Origin: Octopus sinensis
Taxonomy: Eukaryota
Assembly: GCF_006345805.1 (NCBI RefSeq)
Contig: NC_042998.1
Location: forward strand, 48,298,001 to 48,362,000
Reading direction: 5' to 3'
Length of the DNA stretch: 64,000 nucleotides
Part shown: positions 52,870-64,000 of the stretch, in pieces
Numbering within the stretch: the first letter of the stretch is position 1
How the letters are laid out: every line of letters starts with the position of its first letter
Notes under the pieces: model-generated
Database searches by the model: none
Seen by the model: only the letters and a program-made list of their open reading frames with translations
What the model was told of the DNA's origin: nothing
Position numbers and translations under genes: made by a program

Positions 52870-53060
52870 GTCTTTTTTCTCTTTCCCTGTTGCCCGCTCT
52901 GGGATCTTTCTTTTCCTCTCTCTCTTCTTCTTTATGTTTCCGGACGAAGAGCTCCGCTCGAAACGTCATACCTCCCTGCTTCCATTTCCTGAGCGCCTAT
53001 TAATAATAATACTGTAATTGTTCCAGTGTTGTTGTTTTTTTGTTTCCCGTTTGGATTAAA
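52870..53060 (+). mobile_element. Short element with degenerate hammerhead motif (52936-52971), family H2
   Basis: CGGACGA-A-GAGC tcc GCTC-GAAA-C-GTC. Ends at (TA)n. Confidence 0.5.
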
Positions 53061-53062
53061 AT

Positions 53063-53096
<34 letters not shown>

Positions 53097-53121
53097 TCTA
53101 TATTTATATATAATTTTATTG

Positions 53122-53602
53122 TTAATTTACAATTATAATAGGGCACACGTGATGCCAGCATTGTTGTGAAAATCAGAATCGAAAATCCCCCAAGAAAACC
53201 GCCAATCATTTTACTAATGATAATAATGAATTATAATATCTATATAAATATTTTCGAATACTTACACATTTAGTAATTTTATACACTGACACTGTTTTTT
53301 AATTTGGCGCATGCTTCTCAACTAATCGAGCAAAGTTTTTAACCCTAGGTATATAGTAAGACCTGCTGATGAGAATTGAAGGAGATAAACTCTCAAAATT
53401 TTAAATCACTTGATCCAGGGATATCTATTTCCTCATTCCACGGCTGTCTGCCGAGATGGTAAGTTAATTTCTTTGCTCGTAGCCCGATTTTTGTTGCGCT
53501 TGTTATTTTTCTAGTGATTGGTGGTTTTCTTGGAGGAGTTTTCGACTCTGATTTTCAGAAATATGCTGGCACCGTGTGTGTCCTATCATAATTATAAATT
53601 AA
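53122..53602. mobile_element. Fold-back element (~87-bp inverted arms) with a central degenerate hammerhead-like motif
   Basis: 53122-53208 versus the reverse complement of 53515-53602. CCTG-CTGATGA...ATC^CAGG at 53362-53419. Confidence 0.6.
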
Positions 53603-54064
53603 TTAGAAAATTTTGGATTTGCCATTTATCGGCTTTTGCTTGTTGGCCACCTATATTATTGTTATTATTCATCTTACTAATATAGACGGAAACTGAAAGA
53701 AAACAGTACTGTATGCATATATATATATATATAATATATATATATATATCTATATATATATATATATATGACTGATGACTTGCGTGGTGACTTTGTTTAA
53801 AGTGAAGAAGGGTTGCTCACCACCATCCTCATTCTCTCGTCTGAGGCCGTCTTCAATCCAGTGGAAAGACGAGATTAATTAAAAATCTATTGGCTAACTA
53901 CATCAAGTATGCTAGTGCCCAGCAAATTAGTAGATAATGCAATAAAAACATTCTACCTGTCAGCTATTGAAAACTTTTAATTAATTAATTAAAAGTCAAG
54001 GAAGGTAATTAAGAGAATAATAAAATAAAAATAACATTATAATAAAATTATAAATGCAACTTAC

Positions 54065-54306
54065 ATCTCCCCGTTTTATATTTATGCCTTCATTAGCCTT
54101 CAAAAATGCTTGGTTGATTATAAAAGACCTTTCGTTATCGCTCAATATTGCATTGTATAGTACCATACTTTGTGTTTCTTCGTCGACGTATGACAAGGAA
54201 TCTTCGTAATCCCGCTTCACTTTCTCCATATCCAATCCTGCTTTAGCCAACAGAATCTGCTCAGTGTTCAGTATGGACATTATTCGACTTATTAAGGTTT
54301 CTCCGC
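54065..54306 (-). CDS. PKD1-like exon (242 nt; GETLISRIMSILNTEQ...NIKRGD)
   Basis: ttgcag acceptor and gtaagt donor. Phase 1 to 0. Complex, non-repetitive open frame (ORF track 53996..54280). Confidence 0.85.
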
Positions 54307-54356
54307 CTGCAATTGAGTAGTAGTAGTAGTAGTAGTAATAGTAGTAGTAGTAGTTA

Positions 54357-54572
54357 TAGGCACAAGGCCTGAAATTTTGGGGGGATGGGGATAGTCGAAC
54401 ACAACGAGCCCAGTACTTGACTGGTATTTAATTTATCGACCTCGAAAGTATGAAGGGTAAAGTCGACCTTAGCGGAACTTGAACTCAGATCGTAAGAACG
54501 GACGAAATGCTGCTAAGCATTTTGCCCGGAGTGCTAACGATTCTGCCAGCTCGACGCTTGATAATAATAATA

Positions 54573-54619
<47 letters not shown>

Positions 54620-54632
54620 TAACACAATAATA

Positions 54633-54668
<36 letters not shown>

Positions 54669-54980
54669 GTCTATATATATATATATGTATATACACATAC
54701 ATACACACATTCTTTTATTCTTTTATTCTTTTACTTGTTTCAGTCATTTGACTGCGGCCTTGCAAGAGCACCGCCTTCAAGGGGTTTTTAGTCGAACAAA
54801 TCGACCCCAGGACTTTCTTTTTTAAACTTACCAGCACCGATTGTCAAGCAGTGATGAGGGGACAAACACAGGCACAAAGACACACACATACATACACACA
54901 CACATACATACATACATACATACATACATACATACATGCATACATACATACATACATACATACATACATACATACATACA

Positions 54981-55011
<31 letters not shown>

Positions 55012-55787
55012 TAGAATGCGGGCGCATGCATGTTAATATTCTTAAGTTATTACACCTAGAAAAGTACAGAACAAGATTTCTACAGTAGAATTTGCCTAAT
55101 TCGTCACCTCTAAAGAAAACTAAAAAGTACTTTAAATTAAAATTCTACTATATTTAAAAAATTTCAACCGAGAATAACACTTTTAAAATTTACTATATTT
55201 TATTAAAACAAAAATTATAAAAACATTACTGGGCTTTTCCATCCGAATTTAAGCCTAGGGGCTTATATTTAGAAATTATTTTCATGTATAGCCCCTGTAA
55301 TTTTTATTATTTTCAAAAATAAATTATTTAAGTAAAATCATTTAAGTCTGTATTTAAACCCATGGGCTTATTTTTTAAAAAAAGCAGTTTTTAAAAATGA
55401 AGCAAAGTTAAATTAATTTTTAAAAATACAGTAGAATTCGCTTAATTAGTCATCTCTTGGAGATGACCTGCATGACCTTGCAGGTGGGGGCCCAGTTAGA
55501 TTTCCCTCCAAAAATGAACGTTTGGAAGGGCTATATTCTGAATATAACTCAAAGAAAAGGCGGCGAGCTGGCAGAAACGTTAGCACGCCGGGCGAAATGC
55601 GTAGTCGTATTTCGTCTGCCGTTACGTTCTGAGTTCAAATTCCGCCGAGGTCGACTTTGCCTTTCATCCTTTCGAGGTCGATAAATAAAGTACTAGTTTC
55701 GCACTGGGGTCGATTTAATCGACTTAATCGCTTTGTATGTCCTTGTTTGTCTCCTCAATGTTTACCGCCCTTGTGGGCGGTAAAGAA
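54357..55787. mobile_element. SINE S1 (54357-54558 minus), partial S2 (54712-54900 minus), S1 (55557-55787 plus)
   Basis: Family homology. Confidence 0.82.
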
Positions 55788-56112
55788 ATATATAACTCAA
55801 AGAGGAGAAAAAGAAAGGAAGGAAAGGAAAAACGAAAGAAAGAAAAAAGAAAAAAGAGGAGGAAAAGAAAAAAGGTGGGGGAAGGGAGACTTTTAGTGAT
55901 GACCAAACTGCACCTGCTTTTTTTTTGTTTTTTGAAGAGGTCACTATTCTTAAACTCATTCCAATACAATGGTAAAGGACTAAGTAAATAAATGAATGAA
56001 TGGTGGATAGGAAGGTGGATACCCTTTCTCTCTCTCTTTCCCTCTACCCATCTGTCTATCTGACTATGTATGTATGTATGTATGTATGTATGTATGTATG
56101 TATGTATGTATG

Positions 56113-56142
<30 letters not shown>

Positions 56143-56143
<1 letters not shown>

Positions 56144-56856
56144 AACTGCTGTCACGTGTGGGACGAGTCGGTTTATCAGCTGAGTCTATCGTCAATATTG
56201 TCACGCCTCCCTCCTTCAAACGGGAAGGAAGAGCTATTTTCATCATCCTTGTGGCTATGGCGAAAGAATGTATCTGGTGGACGCGTCTGAAAGGATTGGA
56301 GACAAACACTTTCCTCTCTGGTCAATCTCTCATCAACTTCTTCAAGTACCACTTGAAAAGGAAAGTGAGAGTAGAGAGGCAAGTTTTGTCTAGCGAATTT
56401 TTAAAAAAAGGGGGTGAATGTAGCAAGAATGGCACGTATGAATGACGAAGCCACCTTGAGCATGATCCTATGAACCCAGAAATTGAAAACAAAGAGTTGC
56501 TTATTTCGCAAAAAAAAAAGAAGAAATATAACATGTGACTCCATTGACCGAGGTTACCGTGGTCTTTTCCGTAGGCTTTTCTTTCCACGGGTAAACCTCA
56601 CCTGTCCTCCCCTTTACACTTCATATTGACATTTCTGTGATAACGATCCCTATTGATTCAATTTTTTTTTTCCTCTCCCCCTTTTTTTTTTTACCCCCCC
56701 TTTTTTTTTTGTCCTCTTTCTCTCCTTTTACGACCCCCTTTTGATCGAAACTCCCCCTTCCTTTTTTTTTTTTTTTTTTTTAAACCATCAAAAGAAAAGC
56801 TCTACCTTGTAATTTGTTCTATCTGTGTGCAGCCCTGTGTGGCTAATAAAGAAACA
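56143..56856 (+). mobile_element. 5'-truncated L1/Tx1-like non-LTR element 3' end within (TATC)n
   Basis: ORF ...FIILVAMAKECIWWTRLKG... resembles the AK-x-x-IW-x-x-R C-terminus of L1/Tx1 ORF2. T-rich 3' UTR, AATAAA at 56845, (TATC)n on both sides. Confidence 0.65.
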
Positions 56857-57170
56857 TATCTATCTATCTATCTATCTAACAGCCTATCTACCTACCTATA
56901 TTTCTATCTATCCATCTCTATTTTCATGGAACCTCACGAAAAAAAAACAAAAAAACAATGTTCTCTTCTAAACACCCCCCCAAAAAAAACCCCATCTGTT
57001 TTATATAAATGAGCAAGCTGTTTGTACATTCACAAAAACTTTTTTAATAAGTTATAGAAAGGAACGAAAGCGCTAATAATAATAATAATAATAATGAAGA
57101 AATAAAAGGATTTTTTTCCAAAATTCTGACGACCTTTTTTTCTCAGTATTCAATTTCTGTACATCACACC

Positions 57171-57288
<118 letters not shown>

Positions 57289-57409
57289 GTGTGTGTGTGT
57301 GTGTGTATATATATGTATGTATATATGTAAATATATATATATATATAATATATATAATATATATAATATATATATATACAGAGATAGATAGATAGATAGA
57401 TAGATAGAT

Positions 57410-57471
<62 letters not shown>

Positions 57472-59177
57472 GCGACACTAGTATCTTTAATGATTAACTA
57501 AAAGAAATATAAATTCACAACTGTAAAATAGGAAGAAATAAGAAAAATGTATAACAGATTGTCTGAAGCACGACCAAGTGAGGCTCTCTTCTATTTTGGC
57601 TTTAAAAATAGTTTAAGACAACGAAAATAACTGAATATATAAATAAATATATAAATGGATATATAAATATATAAAGAAGTAAATAATTGCATAAATAATA
57701 TAAAAACTGCTTGCATTTAGCATGCAGTAATATCGTGTTGACGTAACGGGAATGTCTCGAAATAGCTGTTCGATAAAATACAGGATATCTGTCGACCACC
57801 TGAGTTCATAGCATGTCTTATGTCTCTCAGCAGGAACCATTTCGCTTTATAGAGCAATTTCTGCTTTTCTTTTTTCCTCTTCTGTTCTTTGTCGCTAATT
57901 ATTTATCGTAAGCATTCAAATGTTAAAAGAAATATCTGATGCGTATTAAAAGAAACCAACGTAGGAGAAGAGATGGAAGAGTTGTGAGAGTCTCTTTTTT
58001 TTCCGGTATTTTTCCAACTCTTAATACATTGAGTTCGAATCTTGCGGAAGTCAGTTTTCTTTTACATTTTTTTCGTGGTCGATAAATATACTGCTAATCC
58101 AGTACAGAGGCCGATTCTGTACCTCTCTCTCATACACTCAGTTACTTATTCACTCATATACACATACACAGACATGTTTTATCAGTCGGAGCGACGAGGA
58201 CTATCTGGTGATCTATAAGGATGGCTGATGATTTGAGTTAAAACTTTCTAAAGAAAAGTTACACACAGTCGCCCTCACACTCTTGTTTGTGACCGTCTTC
58301 AATCCAGTGTCAAGACCAGGTCAAGATGACTTGTGGCGGAAACGGAAGCTGAGGATGACCAAGATGTCTTATTTGCTTCATCTTGCTTTCTCCGTTTCAC
58401 AATGTGTTGCTGCAGCAGCAGCTTTCCTCTGCGTTGATGATGAGGGTTTTTTTTATCCACAGAGTCCGCCGGATTCAGTTTTTACATAAATAAGTAGGCA
58501 AGCCCTTACATACTAATTACCCCATAGCTGGGGCCCTGACAAATGTTACTACTTTGGGTCAGAGTAGACCTGGGAACAATGGTGGCTAAGAGGTGGTTCC
58601 ACACACCTCAGAACCCTGGAGCTCATGTATCAGGACCCCAACGCGCCGTTCAAGAATTTCCAGCGACTTCGAGGGCCACCTCCCAGTGGTGTCAGGCGTC
58701 AAAAAAGAGCCCTCGACTACAACAAGAAGACCAAAGTCTTTTTTCCAAGGTCTGGGGTCTCCCGCCCCTAAGCCCTAGACCATCACCTAATCACCCTTAC
58801 ACATCTTGTTGCTTAACAACAACAACAGCAACAAGGGCCCCAACACTGGATACAGTTTAAAGTCATATCAAGGACAAACACACTCGCTCGCTCACTCTTC
58901 ACACGCATGCACACACACACATATATACATACACACACACAAACACACGCACTCTCTCCCTCCCTCTCTCTCACACACTCATACATGCACGTACTCTTTA
59001 GCTCTTTCTCTTTCTCTCTCTCCCCACTTTTCTTTGGGAGAAATCCGCTGCTTTTGAATTTGGATGATAGGTTCCACCCGGTTTTTAAAATGCCTGTTTG
59101 TTACCAATGCATCCCTACGTTTTTAACAAAAGTTGAGTGCACAAAGATGAAAATATCATTTTAAAGCTTGACAAATC

Positions 59178-59276
<99 letters not shown>

Positions 59277-59306
59277 AATAAAATAAAACAAATATTAAGA
59301 TCTTAC

Positions 59307-59378
59307 TGTCGGCAATGTCTGAGAGAAAGATGTGGATGGATTCATTCTTCATTTCTGCAGCTGATTTCAGAAGCTGGA
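59307..59378 (-). CDS. PKD1-like gene, most 5' exon found (72 nt; QLLKSAAEMKNESIHIFLSDIAD)
   Basis: ttttcag acceptor and gtaaga donor. Open frame, phase 1 to phase 1, matching the phase-1 start of exon 54306. Confidence 0.7.
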
Positions 59379-59625
59379 CTGAAAAATTCAGTACTATTTT
59401 CTAATTTAAAAGAAAGAAAGAAAGAGAAAATATAACGCATGTACTATGTATGTACGCATATATAAAAAATACAGAAAATATAACGATCCGAGTCAGTACC
59501 TCCCTTTAGCTTAAGACTTATGTTCGTATTTTAATTAGGGTCAATTTAACAGATCCCTTATTCTTCTATTTCTTTTTTTTTTTTGATGATGGTATTAATG
59601 GTATCATTGCAGTATTTGTAAAATA

Positions 59626-60191
59626 TTGGGTTGTCCAGAAAGTTCGTGCCGATTTATAGTAGCTTACCTTTCGACTTATTTTAAAACACGATTGAGTCCA
59701 TAAAATAGGATTTGACTACACCTCCATTTAGAGCACAGTTTAAGCTTTCTTTTCGTAGAAGAAGATTTATGTTCCTATAACCTGTGTTAATTCTCTAACC
59801 CTTTAAAATGGAAGATAAGAAAGTTCATTTTCGGCACTTGATGCTTTGGGAACCAGACAAAAATTACTGCAGTTCGGCTGGGATGTGTTACCCAACCCTC
59901 CATATTCACCAGATATTGCTCCTTCGGATTTCCACGTATTCAGGTCTCTGCAGAATAGTCTTAATGGTGAAAATTTCAATTCCTTGGATGACGTAAAAAG
60001 ATACCTTGATGGATTCTTTGCCATGAAACCACCTCAATTCTGGGAAGAGGGTATTTTCAAGTTAAAAGAAAGCTGGAGACGCATTGTACAACAAAATGGT
60101 TCATATTTGGTTGATTAAAAATGAAATGGCAAGTATCTATTAACCTTTTTCTTTCCTTTAAAAATCGGCACGAATTTTCCGGACAACCCAA
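59626..60191 (+). mobile_element. Internally deleted mariner element (566 bp)
   Basis: TA|TTGGGTTGTCCAGAAAGTTCGTGCCGATTT...AAATCGGCACGAATTTTCCGGACAACCCAA|TA. N-terminus MEDKKVHFRH is fused to WDVLPNPPYSPDIAPSDFH. Confidence 0.95.
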
Positions 60192-60287
60192 TACATCGTA
60201 TGACAGGTAGCTTATTTGATTATCTTTGATTATGTTGAAAATTTTATAATACTGAACACATTTTTGAAACAAATGCAAAAATCTTTC

Positions 60288-60705
60288 TGTATCTTTTACT
60301 TGTTTCAGTCATTAGGCTGCGGTCATGCTAGGACACAGCTTTAAAATTTTTCTTTTTAGTCAAAGGAATTGACCCCCAGTATCTTCCTTTAAGCCTGGTA
60401 CTTGTTCTATCCGTAACTTTTGTCGTCCACTAAGTTACAAGGACGTAAACACACCAATACCAGTTGTCAAGCGATGGTGGTAGGGGAACAGAGACATGAA
60501 GACACACGCACTTAGGTATACACAAACACATTTATATATACGGCGGGATTCTTTCAGTTTCCGTGTACTAAATCTACTCACAAGGCTTCAGTCACCCCGA
60601 GGTTTTACTAGAAGACACTTACTCAATGTGCCAAGCTGTGGGACTGAACTCGGAACCATGTGGCTGGAAAGCAAGCTTCTTAGCACTCAGCCATGCCTAT
60701 GCCTA
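60288..60705 (-). mobile_element. SINE S2
   Basis: Family homology. Confidence 0.82.
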
Positions 60706-60739
60706 TCGTCATGAATGTAGGGTATTGACCTAAACAATA

Positions 60740-61000
60740 CGATCGCTAAAACAAGCGGCCAGAGTAAGGTTCTTCCGAGGAATCTCTGGGAGTAAAGTTA
60801 CTCGACAGGGTGTATAGCTCGAAGATCAGGGAGTCTCTCCCGGTCGAGACGCTACTTCTCCGAATTGAGAGGTCACGGCTCCGATATTACGGACATGTGA
60901 ATAGAATGATTCAGGAAAGTAATGCAAAACGGATTCTTGAAAACTTAGCCAAGCGACTGTGGGCCAAAGTTGAGATGGTTGAAGAATATCAATAATCTCA
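60740..61000 (+). mobile_element. RTE-clade LINE 3' remnant
   Basis: ...GVKLLDRVYSSKIRESL...IERSRLRYYGHVNRM resembles the RTE RLRWFGHVxRM motif. Confidence 0.7.
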
Positions 61001-61215
61001 GTTGGTTAGGCTTTGGACTCAAACAGGAAAGTGAGTTGCTCCCAATTTGTCCTTATGAAGGAGGAATTTGAGGACTCTAGTCCCACGACCGTCCTAATAG
61101 TGAGCGGAGAAAATGGATGGCATGGATGGATTAGTGAACAGACTATAAATTTCGGTATAGACAACGAAAGAAGTCTATGGCAGTTTTGTATTAATGCAAT
61201 ATTTATATGAATGTT

Positions 61216-61430
61216 AAGGCGGCGAACTAGCAGAACTGTTAGAACATCGGGCAAAATGCTTAGCGGCATTTCGTCCAACTTTACGTTCTGGGTTCAAATT
61301 CCTCTGAAGTTAACTTGCCTTCCATCATTTAGAGGTCGATAAAATAAGTATCACTTGCATACTGAGGTCGATGTAAACTACTAGCCCCTGCTCCGCCAAA
61401 TTTCTGAGCTTATGCCAAAATTTGAAACCA
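61216..61430 (+). mobile_element. SINE S1
   Basis: Family homology. Confidence 0.8.
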
Positions 61431-61788
61431 ATATTCATATCAATGTAAAATGACAATGAATATTTGCTGTACTGTAGGAAAGCCGTAAAAGCAAAAATAT
61501 TGAAGTAATCCTTAGGAGAAAAAATAATTAATTCTGCTTCCCATGCTACGTTATATGTTTCGTCTTTTGAGTTGGAATAGCTTTAAGTTTCCCAATAGCT
61601 TTAAGTCTCTGATAAATGTTATTTTCAGTTGTATTTCATTTTTAGATTTGTCTCAGCCATTTGTTTCAACAATGCATAGAAGAAAAATATCTTATGAAAT
61701 ATGTATGGCTACACATTTAATATTATACGCATTCCTGATATATTTTTCTGTGTATTTGACATGTCCCCCACATTAACAACGTCTCTGC

Positions 61789-61819
<31 letters not shown>

Positions 61820-62120
61820 ATATATATATACATATATACACTTTTCTATCTATCCGGCCAACTTTCCATCCTTTACCAAACCATTTTTCTCCCGCTTTCT
61901 CTTCTGTCTTCTCTCTCCTATTTTTTCTTCGTTTTCTTAATCAATCAATTTTTACTGCACACACACACGCACACACACACGGCCAAATGCACACGTATGT
62001 AAGGCATGTATGGATATAATTGTGTTTATGTATGCATATATATGTATATATATATATATATATAATACATATATATGCACATATATATATGTATGCATAT
62101 ATATATATAATATGTATGTG

Positions 62121-62165
<45 letters not shown>

Positions 62166-62249
62166 ATCATACACATATATATATTTATATAGTTCTATAC
62201 TTAAGAGATGAGGAATTACGTACATTATTTACATTATATATATTTAACG

Positions 62250-62372
62250 GATATTTGTCCTCATCTTGTTTGTTGCTAACACAACGTTTCGGCTGATATA
62301 CCCTCCACCCTTCATCGGCTGTCTTGGGATAATTTCGAACCTGGGTTCTCATTCCTTAGGTATTTTTCGATA
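62250..62372 (-). mobile_element. 3' part of a putative tRNA-headed SINE, with a hammerhead-like motif (62278-62323)
   Basis: Minus strand: GACAG-CCGATGA-A-GGGTG...CAGCC-GAAA-C-GTT^GTGTT. Confidence 0.6.
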
Positions 62373-62390
62373 TTATTATTATTATCATCA

Positions 62391-62466
<76 letters not shown>

Positions 62467-62494
62467 GTTGTTGTTGTTGTTGTTGTTGTTATTA

Positions 62495-62542
<48 letters not shown>

Positions 62543-62546
<4 letters not shown>

Positions 62547-63515
62547 TCGTAGTTTATTTTTATAGCGTGCTTTCACTTCACTACCGAGCGCAGCTCTGTG
62601 TGCCTTGGGTATGTGCTGTGATTTGTGATGCTCTGATGGTTTGGTATGGAAAGTGTTCTGCGTAGGATGTGGTGCAGTGCCTAGTAGTGCAATTTTCTGT
62701 ATGTTATATGTGTTTGTAAGTCCTGGTGTTTTTGTTATGTATTTGTCTGAATATTTTTTTATCATGCCTAATGCACCTACTATGATAGGAATTGTTTCTG
62801 TTTTCAGATTCCACATTCTAGTTACCTCTATTTCCAGGTCTTTGTATTTTGAGAGTTTCTCCATTTCTTTTAGAGACACGTTGTCATCACCGGTATTGAT
62901 ACATCAATTAGAAAGCATTTTTTTTTCTTCATGGTCTCTGACAACTATATCTCGGTCTGTTGGCCTTAATTTCTCTATCTGTGTGTATCGGCATATCCCA
63001 GAGTATGGTTGCTTTCTCGTTTTCTGTGACCTTTTCTGGTGTGTGCCTATACCATCTTTTTCTGTTGTTATTCATAATGTTGGCATAGCTTCCAATGTAT
63101 GTAGGTTCCAACTCTGTCATGTCTGTGAATATATTCCTTCTTAGCCAGGACTGGGCAGCTAGAGATAATATGATTTATTGTTTCTTGTCCATCTCCACAT
63201 ATTCTGCAGTTACTTGTAATATTTCTTTTCATTACATGTTTTTGGTAATTTCTGGTGGGGAGGCTTTGGTCTTGTGCTGCAATTAAAAATCCCTCTGTTT
63301 CTGCTTTGAGTCCTGAGCTTCTCAACCATTGCTGGGATTTTTCTTTGTCTATTTCTTTTGCGTTTAGTTTAGTGCAGTATTTACCATGAAGGGGCTTTTC
63401 TTGCTATCGTTTTATCATGGTTCGTTGCTGTTCTATTTTTAGTTTGGATTTCATTTGTTTTATAGCTTTTGTTGTTTCTTCATCTTCTTCTTCTTCTTCA
63501 TGTTTATTAGGTGGT
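62543..63515 (-). mobile_element. 5'-truncated R4/Dong family A copy (~970 bp)
   Basis: Near-identical to 41680-42665. Zn-knuckle/RHD/endonuclease ORF pieces. Confidence 0.95.
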
Positions 63516-63567
63516 ATGATTTCTTCTTCTTCTTCTTCTTCTTATTTTTATTTTATTTTATTTTTAT

Positions 63568-63637
63568 TCAGGTCACTTGTCGGAATGGAACTCTGAATCT
63601 TGGGGTTAGTAGCGTGCGCTCTTAACCACTATGCCAT
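63568..63637 (-). mobile_element. tRNA-derived SINE head (Pol III A box TGGCATAGTGG, degenerate B box AGTTCCATTCC)
   Basis: tRNA-like GGTTAAGAGCGC...CTACTAA...GAGTTC. Followed by an A-rich linker and the Dong insert. Confidence 0.65.
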
Positions 63638-63674
63638 GTATATATATGCATGCATATATATATGTGTGTGTATG

Positions 63675-63711
<37 letters not shown>

Positions 63712-63725
63712 CATACACACCACGA

Positions 63726-63783
<58 letters not shown>

Positions 63784-64000
63784 CATATATATAATATTAC
63801 ATATGATGAGATAGATAGATATAGATATAGATATAGATATAGATATAGATATAGATAGAGAGATAGATAGATAGATTGATAGATAGGATAGATAGATAGA
63901 TAGATAGATAATACATACATACATACATACATACATACATACATACATACATACATACACACATACGTATATGCATACCTATCAGCTAATTACAACGTTC

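Noticed and set aside
57602-57860. Overlapping short minus-strand ORFs as an extra exon
   Set aside because: No clean acceptor/donor pair in the required phase 1 to 1, and exons 59307 and 54306 already join in frame.
58280-58830. GC-richer sequence ending in (AAC)n, possible LINE 3' end
   Set aside because: No diagnostic protein motif, so it was left unannotated.

Overview
AT-rich, microsatellite-saturated eukaryotic DNA. The SINE repertoire suggests a coleoid cephalopod, most likely Octopus (inference). One protein-coding gene crosses the window on the minus strand. I traced ten phase-compatible GT-AG exons (59378 down to 6575, about 2.45 kb or 817 codons) of a polycystin-1-like (PKD1L/PKDREJ-type) protein with GAIN-like, GPS, TM1, PLAT and further TM segments. 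Both ends of the gene lie outside the window. The introns hold four tRNA-derived SINE families, Tc1/mariner/pogo remnants, MITEs, and several R4/Dong-clade non-LTR retrotransposon lineages. Most Dong lineages sit in (AAT)n and one in (CATA)n; a Tx1-like fragment sits in (TATC)n. No ORF or repeat call explains the most striking signal: a set of type I hammerhead-ribozyme motifs in short non-coding elements next to (TA)n or (AAT)n. These include one fully canonical ribozyme (49930-50024), a palindrome encoding a hammerhead on each strand (1141-1258), a three-copy family with U at core position 6, and a tRNA-headed SINE with a hammerhead tail that was split by a Dong insertion (62250-63637). Also notable are an internally deleted Dong derivative and a ~555-bp non-coding AAT-targeted retroposon. 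All structures were paired by eye; activity and novelty are untested. Repeat boundaries are approximate.
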